NCBI GenBank assembly: GCA_016699205.1
Contig: CP064964.1
Location: forward strand, 600,001-632,000
Direction: 5' to 3'
Origin: Candidatus Saccharimonadota bacterium
Lineage (GTDB): Bacteria > Patescibacteriota > Patescibacteriia > 2-12-FULL-60-25
DNA: 32,000 nt
Under the pieces are notes generated by a model. It did not search any database. It was given only the letters and a program-made list of their open reading frames with translations, and was not told the DNA's origin. Shown here piece after piece: positions 1 to 8,328 of the stretch. Each line of letters opens with the position of its first letter. Position 1 is the stretch's first letter. Position numbers and translations under genes: made by a program.

Positions 1-380
1 ATGCCGGGAGCCTTAAGAGGATAAGCCAGCACGAGCCGTTCCGGATCGCGGGCGGTCCAATAGCCCCAATCGGTATTGGTGCGGAAGCCAGGCATGGCAT
101 CGATCTTACGATCGACCCAAAAGAGAATGACCGTGGAGCGCATCATCGCGTTGCGGCGCCAGTTGAGATGCGCGTCGTCGTCCGGACTCCACTTGTCCGC
201 GGCCTCTGGTTCAGGGTAGTAGACGACGGGGTCTTGGCGATAGCGCCGGATCATCTGAAGCGCCCGCGGACGCCATGACTTGGTGTACGACTTGCGCGGG
301 GTAGGCCCCGCAAGAAAGATCGAGGGAATTTTTGGATCCGGAAATTCTTGGAGAGCGTAGACGACGCGGACCTGGTCCAT
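1..380 (-). CDS. Nucleoside 2-deoxyribosyltransferase-like domain protein, N-terminal part (gene continues beyond window start)
   Basis: Absent from the ORF track because it runs off the window. Reverse ATG at 380-378 with GGAGG 6 nt upstream (CCTCC 387-391 on +). Translation: MDQVRVVYALQEFPDPKIPSIFLAGPTPRKSYTKSWRPRALQM...ILFWVDRKIDAMPGFRTNTDWGYWTARD. The SIFLAGPTPR ... PGxxTN layout recalls Nuc_deoxyri_tr2-type proteins (memory only). Confidence 0.45.
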   Translation of the reverse strand, partial: MDQVRVVYALQEFPDPKIPSIFLAGPTPRKSYTKSWRPRALQMIRRYRQDPVVYYPEPEAADKWSPDDDAHLNWRRNAMMRSTVILFWVDRKIDAMPGFRTNTDWGYWTARDPERLVLAYPLKAPG

Positions 381-411
381 GAGCTACCTCCGGCCGAGAC
401 CTTAGCAAGGA

Positions 412-440
412 TTGACAAAATAAAAAATACCATCATACTT
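412..440 (+). promoter_or_regulatory. Sigma70-type promoter for the 467 gene
   Basis: TTGACA (412-417), 16-nt spacer, CATACT (434-439), about 27 nt upstream of the ATG at 467. Confidence 0.5.
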
Positions 441-466
441 ACCCAGCTCTTTCCAAGGGAAACACC

Positions 467-1213
467 ATGCATCCCTATATCGGCGTCACTGGATTCATGC
501 ACCGCTCAGAAGTAAAAAAGACACTCGCCGCATTGAATGCCATCGAGCAAACCAACGGAGGCGTCAAACGAAAACTGATGATTGGTGTCCTCGCCTGCGC
601 CCCTGGAATCTCACGCAAGCCCAATCACTGGCTTCAGCGCCACCCCAATGAGCACGATATCTCCGATCTCTTTTTTCCGGATCGACGCGTACTGAATATC
701 CTCCACTATCACGCGGATGATGCCGATTCACTCGCGGAGCGACTCAAGTATCTGACCAATGCCGTCGGGCCTCATCTCGATGGAATCCAGCTCAACATGA
801 CATGGCCTCCACCGAGCCGAGTCTACGCATACGGAAAACCGATTACGCTCGAACTTGGGAAGCATGCGCTCGGAGCCTGCAACCATCATCCTCAGGAAAT
901 CTGCTCACGCTTGCAGGCGTACAAGAATGACATTGCGCGCGTGCTCGTCGATATGAGCGCCGGCCATGGCATTCCCCTGTCTGTCCCCTACATGATGCGA
1001 CTTCTCGTCCCCATTGCCGAACGCTTCCCGAATCTCGGGATCGGCGTGGCAGGCGGTTTGTCGCTCGAGCTCCTGGACCAGATTGAGCCGCTCATCAAGG
1101 CCATTCCCCACCTCAGCATCGATGCTGAAGGTGCGCTGCGGGATGCAGCCGACCATCTCGATCTTGAACGTGTACAGCGCTATCTGGAACGAGCTTATAC
1201 CCTCTTTTGCTGA
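467..1213 (+). CDS. Hypothetical protein, possibly a (beta/alpha)8 barrel of TrpF/PRAI-like type; function uncertain
   Basis: 248-aa ORF with its own promoter and terminator. N-terminal IGVTGF and C-terminal GVAGGLS...SIDAEGALRD only loosely recall PRA-isomerase-like barrels. Confidence 0.6.
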   Translation: MHPYIGVTGFMHRSEVKKTLAALNAIEQTNGGVKRKLMIGVLACAPGISRKPNHWLQRHPNEHDISDLFFPDRRVLNILHYHADDADSLAERLKYLTNAVGPHLDGIQLNMTWPPPSRVYAYGKPITLELGKHALGACNHHPQEICSRLQAYKNDIARVLVDMSAGHGIPLSVPYMMRLLVPIAERFPNLGIGVAGGLSLELLDQIEPLIKAIPHLSIDAEGALRDAADHLDLERVQRYLERAYTLFC

Positions 1214-1219
1214 TATCAG

Positions 1220-1247
1220 CCCCTCCTTATCTCCAAGGAGGGGTTTT
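1220..1247 (+). terminator. Rho-independent terminator of the 467-1213 gene
   Basis: CCCCTCCTT (1220-1228) pairs with AAGGAGGGG (1235-1243), a 9-bp stem, followed by TTTT. Confidence 0.7.
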
Positions 1248-1271
1248 CCATTCTCGCTACGAAACGCCATA

Positions 1272-1305
1272 CCAAAACCGCCCTGGCCTTCTTAGCCTAG
1301 GGCGG
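1272..1305 (-). terminator. Rho-independent terminator of gyrA
   Basis: On the minus strand CCGCCCT pairs with AGGGCGG (plus 1278-1284 / 1299-1305) and is followed by TTTTGG. It lies just downstream of the gyrA stop at 1315. Confidence 0.6.
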
Positions 1306-1314
1306 GATTGTGAA

Positions 1315-3783
1315 TTATACGATGGTGACGCTTGAGACTTTGTCGCCGTCTTCTTTGAAGCGCATCAGGCGGACACCTTGGGTGTCGCGTCCGAGGGACG
1401 GAACACTCTTGAAAGGCGTGCGGACCACGATGCCTTTTTTGGAGATCATGACGAGGTCCTGCTCATCGTCCTTGCCGGAGATGAAGGCGCCAATCACTCC
1501 GCCTGTTTTGTCCGTGACTTTCATTGTACGGATACCGGAGCCGCCGCGGCCTTGCTGCTTGTATTCCGAAAGCGAGGTGCGCTTACCGAGACCGTTTTCC
1601 GTGAGGACGAAGAGTTCGAGTAGGCCTTTATCAGCGAGCTTTGGATTGATGACGTCCATGCCCACGACTTCATCGTTCTTTTTCTTGAGGAGAATACCGC
1701 GGACACCGGCAGCTGAACGGCCCATGGCGCGGACGTCCTCTTCTGAGAAACGGATGGACTGGCCTTCACGCGTGACAAGCGAGATGTCGTCGCCGCCATT
1801 GGAAGGTTTAACCCAGATGAGCTCGTCGCCGTCATGGAGCGAGATCGCGATCAAGCCGGAGCGGCGGACATTGGCGAATTCATCGAGAGATGATTTTTTG
1901 ATTGTGCCTTGGCTCGTAACCATCACAAGGAATTTTGCGCCTTCCATATTTTCCATCGGAAGCGTGATGGAGATTTTCTCGCCTGGAGCGAGCTGGAGGA
2001 AGTTCACGATGGCTTGGCCCTTGCTGGTACGGCTGCCGACCGGAAGTTCATAGGCTTTGAGACGGAACACGCGGCCACGGTTGGTGAAGAACATGATTTC
2101 CGTGTGCGTGTTGGTGGTGAACATGCTCATCACTTGGTCTTCATCCTTGGTTTCCAAGCCGATGACGCCCTTTCCGCCGCGGCCTTGGCTCTTGAAGGTG
2201 TCTGGCGGTAAACGCTTGATGTAACCGTCGGCGGTCAGCATCACGAGCGTTTCTTCCGAAGGAACCAAATCCTCCATCGCGAGCTCCCCGACCGGACCGG
2301 AGATGATCTTGGTGCGGCGTTCATCGCCAAACTTCTCTTTCAAGTCGGAAACTTCTCCCTTGATGATGGCGAGAATCTTTTTGGCGGAGGCGAGAATGCT
2401 CTCGAGCTCCTCGATGAGCTTCTTTTTCTCTTCCCACTCCTGCTCGACCTTCAAACGATCGAGGTTAGTGAGCTGCTGCAAGCGCATGTCGAGAATGGCT
2501 TGAGCCTGGATTTCCGACAATTTGAACTTGGTCATCAAACCGATGCGGGCCTCGTCCTTGTCTTTGGACTTTTTGATGAGCGCAATGATTTCATCAATCT
2601 TCAAAAGAGCGATGCGCAAGCCTTCCAAGATGTGCATGCGCTCCTTGGCGCGGTCCAACTCGTATTGTGTACGGCGACGGACAACTTCTTTGCGATGCTT
2701 GAGGTATTCCTCGAGCAAATCCTTGAGCGTGAGGATGCGCGGCTGGATGCCGTCGATCAAACAGAGCGAGTTTACGTGGAAGGTTTCCTGAAGCTGGGTC
2801 ATCTTGAAGAGCTGGTTCAAGACTTTCTTTGGGTAGGCGTCCTTTTTGAGCTCGACGACCATGCGGATGCCGTCTTTGTTGGATTCGTCGCGCAAGTCGC
2901 GGATGCCCTCGATTTTTTTCTCGGTGACGAGCTCGGCGATCTTTTCCAAAAGCTGGGCCTTGTTTACCTGGTACGGCAATTCATCGACGATGATGCGGAA
3001 AGCGCCGGCTTTCTCCTCAACAATTTCCGTTTTGGCGCGGATAACGATACCGCCTTTTCCGGTGGCATACGCCTGCTTAATGTCGTTCTTGTTGTAGATG
3101 ATTCCGCCGGTTGGGAAATCCGGGCCCGGAATGATTTTTACGAGGTCGTCGATTTCAATGTCAGGATTTTCGATCAATGCGGCGATACCGTCACAAACCT
3201 CGGTGAGGTTGTGAGGCGGCATATTGGTCGCCATACCGACGGCGATACCGAGGGTACCGTTCAAGAGCAGGTTCGGAAGCTTGGCCGGAAGAACTTTTGG
3301 TTCATCGTGGGAGCCGTCATAGTTGGGGCGGAAGTCGACGGTTTCACGATCGATATCAAAAATGAGTTCTTCCGCGATTCCGGAGAGCTTGGCTTCTGTA
3401 TAACGCATGGCGGCAGCGCCGTCACCGTCGACAGAACCGAAGTTTCCTTGGCCGCGGACCAACGGATAGCGCATGGCAAATTCTTGAGCCATGCGAACCA
3501 TGGAATCGTAAACAGCCGTGTCGCCGTGCGGGTGATATTTACCAAGCACTTCACCGACCACGGTGGCGGATTTGCGGAACTTGGCGTTGGCACGCAGGCC
3601 GAGCGTCCACATCGCGTACAAAATACGGCGGTGAACCGGCTTCAAACCGTCGCGGACATCCGGGAGAGCGCGGTCGACGATAACGCTCATGGCGTAATCG
3701 AGGAACGCGACCTGCATCTCATCGACGAAGGGGGCGGAAACGGTGTTTACGGGATTCGGGAGAATCTTTTCCTGTTCAGACAT
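1315..3783 (-). CDS. gyrA: DNA gyrase subunit A
   Basis: 822-aa ORF with the [11 protein letters not shown] active-site Tyr motif, a HPHGD motif and C-terminal beta-pinwheel repeats. Confidence 0.97.
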   Translation of the reverse strand: MSEQEKILPNPVNTVSAPFVDEMQVAFLDYAMSVIVDRALPDVRDGLKPVHRRILYAMWTLGLRANAKFRKSATVVGEVLGKYHPHGDTAVYDSMVRMAQEFAMRYPLVRGQGNFGSVDGDGAAAMRYTEAKLSGIAEELIFDIDRETVDFRPNYDGSHDEPKVLPAKLPNLLLNGTLGIAVGMATNMPPHNLTEVCDGIAALIENPDIEIDDLVKIIPGPDFPTGGIIYNKNDIKQAYATGKGGIVIRAKTEIVEEKAGAFRIIVDELPYQVNKAQLLEKIAELVTEKKIEGIRDLRDESNKDGIRMVVELKKDAYPKKVLNQLFKMTQLQETFHVNSLCLIDGIQPRILTLKDLLEEYLKHRKEVVRRRTQYELDRAKERMHILEGLRIALLKIDEIIALIKKSKDKDEARIGLMTKFKLSEIQAQAILDMRLQQLTNLDRLKVEQEWEEKKKLIEELESILASAKKILAIIKGEVSDLKEKFGDERRTKIISGPVGELAMEDLVPSEETLVMLTADGYIKRLPPDTFKSQGRGGKGVIGLETKDEDQVMSMFTTNTHTEIMFFTNRGRVFRLKAYELPVGSRTSKGQAIVNFLQLAPGEKISITLPMENMEGAKFLVMVTSQGTIKKSSLDEFANVRRSGLIAISLHDGDELIWVKPSNGGDDISLVTREGQSIRFSEEDVRAMGRSAAGVRGILLKKKNDEVVGMDVINPKLADKGLLELFVLTENGLGKRTSLSEYKQQGRGGSGIRTMKVTDKTGGVIGAFISGKDDEQDLVMISKKGIVVRTPFKSVPSLGRDTQGVRLMRFKEDGDKVSSVTIV

Positions 3784-3787
3784 AATA

Positions 3788-3822
3788 GGCAGTGGTTGGT
3801 GGTCAGTGGTCAGTGGTCAGTG
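3788..3822 (-). repeat. Heptanucleotide tandem repeat forming the gyrA leader
   Basis: Minus-sense CACTGAC x3, CACCAAC, CACTGCC, then TATT-ATG. Plus strand reads GGCAGTG GTTGGTG GTCAGTG GTCAGTG GTCAGTG. Confidence 0.9.
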
Positions 3823-3827
3823 AGCGC

Positions 3828-4211
3828 CTACTTGGTGCTTGAAGCGGTTGCGGCTTGGAATTGTTTTCTGGCCTGCTCGAGTTTGATGTTGGTTTGGTCG
3901 ATTTCCTGTTTGATCTTTTCTGCGTTTCTCGTGAATTCTTCCATTGCTTGATCCGGTTCTCGTGCCGGCTGCCAAAGTCCGCGGTCGAGCGTCATGACCC
4001 AGCCGGTGGCGACGATCAGACACGAGGCGGCCACGGCGATGTAGTAGCCCAGACCGTATCCGCGCGGACGCTTATGACGCGTCGCCGCATGCGCACGGAT
4101 CAACTCGTGCTTTTCCTCATGCGAAAGGATTCGCTCATGGTCACGCATCATATATCCCGCATCATGTGCGGACTGACGCTTGGGAGGAGAACGGTGAGAA
4201 TGAGCTTTCAT
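3828..4211 (-). CDS. Small membrane protein with His-rich N-terminus, one TM helix and a C-terminal coiled coil
   Basis: I trimmed track ORF 3828-4358 to the ATG at 4211, because the upstream gene ends at 4246. Translation: MKAHSHRSPPKRQSAHDAGYMMRDHERIL...YYIAVAASCLIVATGWVMTL...KIKQEIDQTNIKLEQARKQF. No clear SD. Confidence 0.6.
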   Translation of the reverse strand: MKAHSHRSPPKRQSAHDAGYMMRDHERILSHEEKHELIRAHAATRHKRPRGYGLGYYIAVAASCLIVATGWVMTLDRGLWQPAREPDQAMEEFTRNAEKIKQEIDQTNIKLEQARKQFQAATASSTK

Positions 4212-4233
4212 ATTTTTTATTATGATGCGTGAC
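4139..4233. repeat. Inverted-repeat element L1 (GTCACGCATCATA / TATGATGCGTGAC)
   Basis: Perfect 13-bp arms at 4140-4152 and 4221-4233 with a 68-nt spacer. The arms bracket the start codon of the 3828-4211 gene. Related copies at 16958-17023 and 17472-17505. Confidence 0.85.
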
Positions 4234-4245
4234 TTTGTTGTGTGA

Positions 4246-4887
4246 TCATGCCCTCTCCAACACCGTGACCACGAGGTCTTCTGCCGGCAGATCCTTTTTG
4301 CTGATCTTGAGCTTGTTGCCGTCCTCACGCTTGCAGACCAGTTCTTTGCAAAAGGCATCGGCGGTTCCGAGTTTTTCTTTTACGCCTTCCGTGTGATACG
4401 CGAGCGGAACAACCATGCGTGGCTCAACCGCCTTGATGATGTCGACGGCCTGCTTAGCCGAGAGCAGATCTCCGCCCCCGACTGGCAGTAAAAGAATATC
4501 GATACTGCCGAGCGCGGAGACTTCATCGTCTGTGAGAACGCGGTTCAATCCTCCGAGAAAACCGATGGACATACCCTCCACTTGAAAACGGTACATCAGA
4601 TTGAATGGATATTTGTCTTCCGGCGTACGTAACGGAATCGCGTAAGCAAAGATTCCGTTAACCTCATACTCGCCAGGGGTGCGAATAATGAAAGGCTCAC
4701 CTGTGAAAGCGTCGGTTGGGAAGCGCTTGTCGTCCTCATGGGTAAGCGCGACGACGTCTGGTGCGAGCGTGCGCGGAAAGCGCAAACCGGATTCATTGCT
4801 GTAAGGATCGGTCACTAAACTCGCTTGTTGGTCGCCGTGGGTGGCCTCGATGCGGATACAGGAGAAACCGTGCCAGAAAATTTGCAT
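4246..4887 (-). CDS. MBL-fold metal-dependent hydrolase (UPF0173-like)
   Basis: 213-aa ORF, MQIFWHGFSCIRIE...LVTDPY...LTHEDDKRF...LLLPVGG, typical of the small beta-lactamase-fold hydrolase family. Confidence 0.75.
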   Translation of the reverse strand: MQIFWHGFSCIRIEATHGDQQASLVTDPYSNESGLRFPRTLAPDVVALTHEDDKRFPTDAFTGEPFIIRTPGEYEVNGIFAYAIPLRTPEDKYPFNLMYRFQVEGMSIGFLGGLNRVLTDDEVSALGSIDILLLPVGGGDLLSAKQAVDIIKAVEPRMVVPLAYHTEGVKEKLGTADAFCKELVCKREDGNKLKISKKDLPAEDLVVTVLERA

Positions 4888-4969
4888 AATAGAGCGGAAA
4901 TTTGGAAGTCCTTGGACAGGCTTATTCTAGCCTTTTTCGGCACAACCTACAAGAGAAATCAAGCCCTGT

Positions 4970-5051
4970 GTCACCCCCGCGAAGGCGGGGGTCCAGCTGA
5001 TCGAATTAACGAGGTTATTTAGTCCTGGATTCCCGCCTTCGCGGGAATGAC
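4970..5051. repeat. REP/MITE-like palindromic repeat pair
   Basis: GTCACCCCCGCGAAGGCGGGGGTCCAG (4970-4996) and the inverted copy CTGGATTCCCGCCTTCGCGGGAATGAC (5025-5051). Each copy is itself a GC-rich hairpin. Confidence 0.85.
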
Positions 5052-5058
5052 AAAGTGT

Positions 5059-5538
5059 TTAGCGAACGGAATTTGAGAGGGTGCAGCCGACGATGGCGAT
5101 CGCGAGGGCGTCGGCGGCGTCATCGGGCTTGGGAATGGCGTCTAGTTTAAGGAGGCGTTTTACCATCTCCTGGACCTGACGTTTGTCTGCTGATCCGTGA
5201 CCAGCTGTCCCCTGCTTTACCTGGTTGGGCGTTGGTTCTACGAGCTTGATTCCGGCATCGGCGATCACGAGCAGTACGACGCCGCGCGCCATTCCGACAT
5301 TAATGGCGGTTTTGGCGTTGGTTTGGAAAAAGAGCTTTTCTACGGCTACGCAATCGGGCTTGTATTGCTCGATGAGGCCTGCGACATTATCGCGCACTTG
5401 GCGCAGGCGGGTCATGAAAGAATCGTCTTTGGAGGTTTGGAGAACGCCGTGCGCGATATGCACGAGTTTGCCGCCATTATCATCGACGACGCCAAAACCG
5501 TTTCTGTCGAAGCCGGGGTCGATGCCGAGAACTCTCAT
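5059..5538 (-). CDS. ruvC: Crossover junction endodeoxyribonuclease RuvC
   Basis: MRVLGIDPGFDRNGFGVV... and C-terminal DAADALAIAI, with the RuvC acidic catalytic layout. Start trimmed to the ATG at 5538. Confidence 0.9.
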   Translation of the reverse strand: MRVLGIDPGFDRNGFGVVDDNGGKLVHIAHGVLQTSKDDSFMTRLRQVRDNVAGLIEQYKPDCVAVEKLFFQTNAKTAINVGMARGVVLLVIADAGIKLVEPTPNQVKQGTAGHGSADKRQVQEMVKRLLKLDAIPKPDDAADALAIAIVGCTLSNSVR

Positions 5539-5559
5539 AGGAAGCATTGTAGCTGTTTT

Positions 5560-5648
5560 GTCATTCCTGCGCAGGCAGGAATCCAGAACCAGAAAATCCG
5601 AACATTTACCGATTTACTCAGCTGGATCCCCGCCTGCGCGGGGATGAC
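5560..5648. repeat. REP/MITE-like palindromic repeat pair
   Basis: GTCATTCCTGCGCAGGCAGGAATCCAG (5560-5586) and the inverted copy CTGGATCCCCGCCTGCGCGGGGATGAC (5622-5648). Same family as 4970-5051 and 22737-22763. Confidence 0.85.
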
Positions 5649-5713
5649 AGGAACAAGCCGGTTGACGCTTGAGAATGCTTCTGCGAAAGTCCTCGCGCAG
5701 AGGAGGTGGAAAC

Positions 5714-6157
5714 ATGATTCGTTATGGACTTTTGCAGCATGTGACTGATGCGGATGTGGTCGATATCGGGATCTTGGTGGAGACGCTCTCCCCCGGCACC
5801 CGGAAGCCGACACATGGAGAGGTGAGGCGCATCGTCGAGGCGCATCAGGTGATCATCGCGCGCGATATCACCGTCGAGCGCGAGCCAATCATCGGGATGG
5901 CGACGCTCGTCATCATTCCGCAGATGATCGGTTTGCGGGGACGCGTCGAGGACGTGTCCCGACATCCGGACTATCGCGGACGCGGCATCGGGCAGGGGCT
6001 CATGAAGAAGCTGCACGACGTGGCCCGCCAGCACGCGATCGACAAGCTGGCTCTCACTTGCCAGCCGTATCGCAAGGAGGGCAACCATCTCTATCCCAAG
6101 ATGGGCTACAAAACCGTCGAGACCAACGTGTACCGCATCGATCTTTCCATACTCTGA
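5714..6157 (+). CDS. GNAT family N-acetyltransferase
   Basis: GGAGGTGG RBS, then ATG at 5714. Acetyl-CoA motif RGRGIGQGLM within a 147-aa protein. Confidence 0.8.
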   Translation: MIRYGLLQHVTDADVVDIGILVETLSPGTRKPTHGEVRRIVEAHQVIIARDITVEREPIIGMATLVIIPQMIGLRGRVEDVSRHPDYRGRGIGQGLMKKLHDVARQHAIDKLALTCQPYRKEGNHLYPKMGYKTVETNVYRIDLSIL

Positions 6158-6162
6158 ACAGA

Positions 6163-6191
6163 TTGACAGATCGATCAAAATCTTGTTTACT
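6163..6191 (+). promoter_or_regulatory. Sigma70-type promoter for the 6215 gene
   Basis: TTGACA (6163-6168), 17-nt spacer, TTTACT (6186-6191). Starts 6 nt after the GNAT stop. Confidence 0.55.
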
Positions 6192-6214
6192 GTCCGTCCA
6201 CCTAGGAGGTACGG

Positions 6215-6577
6215 ATGCTGGCAGAACAGTTGCGTGCAGTGGTACAGGCGGGACTCAGGCCGATTCCGATGCAGAGCACCGAGGAGGTGCACTTCCGGAA
6301 CATGCTGTATCGAGCCTTCGAGGCCATGAAGGTCTCGGCGCTCGAGCAGAAGCGTGAGGCGCTCGTCCTCGAGGTCTATCCCTATCAGGTGAAGTGGATC
6401 GAGCTCGGGTCCGAAGGCGATCTCACGCAGGTGCCCGTGGATCGCCTCATCGGGATGGCGGCCATGCTCCGCGACAAGCTCGCGGCGCAGAACCTCAAGA
6501 TGTCTCTGCGACATCGCGTCCGCGGCGACGCTACCAACTCGCGCAACAACGTCTACGAACTCATCGCTTCTTGGTGA
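6215..6577 (+). CDS. Hypothetical protein (120 aa)
   Basis: AGGAGG RBS 5 nt before the ATG at 6215. GC-rich third positions. Own promoter and downstream hairpin. No recognised motif. Confidence 0.6.
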   Translation: MLAEQLRAVVQAGLRPIPMQSTEEVHFRNMLYRAFEAMKVSALEQKREALVLEVYPYQVKWIELGSEGDLTQVPVDRLIGMAAMLRDKLAAQNLKMSLRHRVRGDATNSRNNVYELIASW

Positions 6578-6586
6578 GACTCTTAC

Positions 6587-6642
6587 GCCCTCGATCCGTC
6601 TGGATCGGGGGCGTTGACATTTTGATATTTTTTTGCTTTACT
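6587..6642 (+). promoter_or_regulatory. Hairpin-promoter module, copy 1
   Basis: Hairpin GCCCTCGATCC-gtct-GGATCGGGGGC (6587-6612) is fused to GTTGACATTTTG (-35 at 6614-6619), then a 17-nt spacer and TTTACT (6637-6642). Confidence 0.65.
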
Positions 6643-6651
6643 GAGGTCACT

Positions 6652-7167
6652 ATGCAAACGTTGTACATTCGTCAGACAGGTCCGAATCCGCATGATGGTG
6701 AGGCGGAGCTCAATGGCAAACGCTATCGATGTGCCATCGGTAGAACCGGCGTTCTTGCCGACAAGAAAGAAGGAGATGGCGGTACTCCGCACGGAACATT
6801 TCCGTTGCGTGAGGTCTTCTTTCGTGAGGACCGACTCGAGAAGCCGGTCACTGGCCTCCCGATTCGCGCAACCGCCAGTAATGACGGGTGGGCGGATGAT
6901 AGTGCTCTCCCGGAGTACAACACTCATGTCTCGCTCCCCTATCCAGGTTCTCACGAGAATCTGTGGCGTGAGGATCATGTCTACGACGTGATCCTGGTCG
7001 TCGGCTACAACGATGCCCCTCCGGTACCCGGTAAAGGCAGTGCGATCTTCATCCACCTGGCCCGCGAAGGATACACGCCGACCGCAGGCTGCCCCGTCTT
7101 CTCCAAGCCCGACCTACTCGAGATTCTCGCACAGCTCCGCGCCGGAGATCAGGTCGAGATCAACTAA
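6652..7167 (+). CDS. L,D-transpeptidase catalytic-domain (YkuD-type) protein
   Basis: Start trimmed to the ATG at 6652. His...Cys signature GSAIFIHLAREGYTPTAGCPVF. N-terminal RCAIGRTGV...KKEGDGGTPHGTF is typical of the short cytoplasmic-looking YkuD family. Confidence 0.8.
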   Translation: MQTLYIRQTGPNPHDGEAELNGKRYRCAIGRTGVLADKKEGDGGTPHGTFPLREVFFREDRLEKPVTGLPIRATASNDGWADDSALPEYNTHVSLPYPGSHENLWREDHVYDVILVVGYNDAPPVPGKGSAIFIHLAREGYTPTAGCPVFSKPDLLEILAQLRAGDQVEIN

Positions 7168-7185
7168 CAACCAGAAATCAATCAC

Positions 7186-7241
7186 GCCCCCGACCGGACT
7201 GGTCGGGGGCGTTGACATTTTGGATTGCATTTGCTTACCTA
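7186..7241 (+). promoter_or_regulatory. Hairpin-promoter module, copy 2
   Basis: Hairpin GCCCCCGACC-ggact-GGTCGGGGGC (7186-7210) fused to GTTGACATTTTG (-35 at 7212-7217). The -10 is weak (TTACCT/TACCTA). Confidence 0.55.
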
Positions 7242-7270
7242 ATCGCATGGCTCGTTCATGGAGGTAAGCC

Positions 7271-7753
7271 ATGCAGAAAGAAGCAACGGAGTTCGTTCAG
7301 AGCCTGAGGAAGCAGTCCATCGAGGCTGCAGACAAGATGAAGGAAGCTGCGGAGCAGGAGAAGCTGGAGGCGCCCGCAAGACAGAAGGCACAGATCCGTG
7401 CGTGGGTGGACGACCACATGGACATGCTTCGTCGGAGCTTCCGGAAGGTATCGGAAGCGGGCCGTCGTAGCATGGTCGTCGGATGCGTCTTCATCCTCGA
7501 CAACCGCCAGATCGAGCGACACGCCGACAAGGGCAGCTCGTGCGATCCGGCTGGTTACATGCTCAAGGATCTCGCGAAGGACCTCGCTGATCAGCTTCGA
7601 AGCGAGGGGTTCGGCTTCAGGTTGGAGATCACGAGCCACCACGGCTCCATGGAGCTGAACGCTCATGAGCGAGAAGCCATCAGAAACTTCTGCGCCGGAA
7701 CGGGTTGGGCGACCATCACACTGCTTCAGCTTCTTTCTCATCGCCCCTGGTGA
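7271..7753 (+). CDS. Hypothetical protein (160 aa)
   Basis: GGAGG RBS 6 nt before the ATG at 7271. Charged helical N-terminus. No recognised motif. Confidence 0.6.
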   Translation: MQKEATEFVQSLRKQSIEAADKMKEAAEQEKLEAPARQKAQIRAWVDDHMDMLRRSFRKVSEAGRRSMVVGCVFILDNRQIERHADKGSSCDPAGYMLKDLAKDLADQLRSEGFGFRLEITSHHGSMELNAHEREAIRNFCAGTGWATITLLQLLSHRPW

Positions 7754-7760
7754 GTCTCGC

Positions 7761-7815
7761 GCCCCCGACCGGACTGGTCGGGGGCGTTGACATTTTAGCA
7801 ATTTTTCGTTATATT
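7761..7815 (+). promoter_or_regulatory. Hairpin-promoter module, copy 3
   Basis: Hairpin identical to copy 2 (7761-7785), then GTTGACATTTTA (-35 at 7787-7792), a 17-nt spacer and TATATT (7810-7815). Confidence 0.65.
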
Positions 7816-7866
7816 ATTCCGTCGGTACTACTGCCGATGGTTGTTCTTTTCAGAAAGGCGAGCGTG

Positions 7867-8328
7867 ATGACGCGTAGACACACGATCATTGACCGGCTCG
7901 ATCACGACACCAGGAATGAGCGTCGAGTGACGGTCATGTTTCCCCGGTTCATTCTCTGTATCGACCCGCGGGCCGAGGTTGAGATGATGACCCTGACGGC
8001 CATGCGGGATCGGACCGGCTGCGTGCTCAGCTTGGCCGATGGCATCAAGGATGGTAGCGGTCAGCCCGTGCTGATCCGTAATCATCATGGCGGCGTCCGT
8101 CAACAATCTTGGCATGAGAATCCCCATGCCACGATCCCCGTGTACTGGTTCCTTGGGTACATGCTCGTACAGAATCGGTGGGGCCACATCAAGCGCGTCC
8201 TCCAGCTCCTGCCCACGCAGGATCGCTACCGCATCTACGAGCAGAGTGCTCTCGAGTACATGGGTCCTCGACGCGGCCAGCTGGCAGATCTCATCGCCCC
8301 GCTTAGCCTTGTTCTTCCGCCTTACTGA
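7867..8328 (+). CDS. Hypothetical protein (153 aa)
   Basis: First ATG downstream of the copy-3 promoter, in frame with track ORF 7705-8328. Weak RBS. No recognised motif. Confidence 0.45.
   Translation: MTRRHTIIDRLDHDTRNERRVTVMFPRFILCIDPRAEVEMMTLTAMRDRTGCVLSLADGIKDGSGQPVLIRNHHGGVRQQSWHENPHATIPVYWFLGYMLVQNRWGHIKRVLQLLPTQDRYRIYEQSALEYMGPRRGQLADLIAPLSLVLPPY

Noticed and set aside
990-1000. CATGATGCGA inside the 467-1213 gene, resembling the ATGATGCGTG repeat arm.
   Set aside because: It matches only 9 of 10 positions, has no inverted partner and lies in-frame in coding sequence (YMMR). It is most likely coincidental.
4542-4551. A tRNA T-loop-like GGTTCAATCC.
   Set aside because: It lies inside the MBL-hydrolase coding sequence, and the flanking bases cannot form a T-arm or an acceptor stem. 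No tRNA genes were found in the window.
5618-6514. A 298-aa minus-strand ORF overlapping the GNAT gene and the 6215 gene.
   Set aside because: The plus strand carries a GNAT with a clear acetyl-CoA motif and an RBS. The minus ORF is His/Arg/Leu/Asp-rich without motifs and spans a promoter-containing intergenic region.
6587-7815. Possibility that the repeated hairpin modules (or the Island B hairpins) are a CRISPR array or integron attC sites (CALIN-like cassette array).
   Set aside because: The repeat spacing is about 575-600 bp and each interval holds a full gene, not the 25-50 bp spacers of a CRISPR array. The elements lack the attC R''/R' core sites (RYYYAAC ... GTTRRRY). Each cassette carries its own promoter, unlike integron cassettes. 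No cas or intI gene is present.
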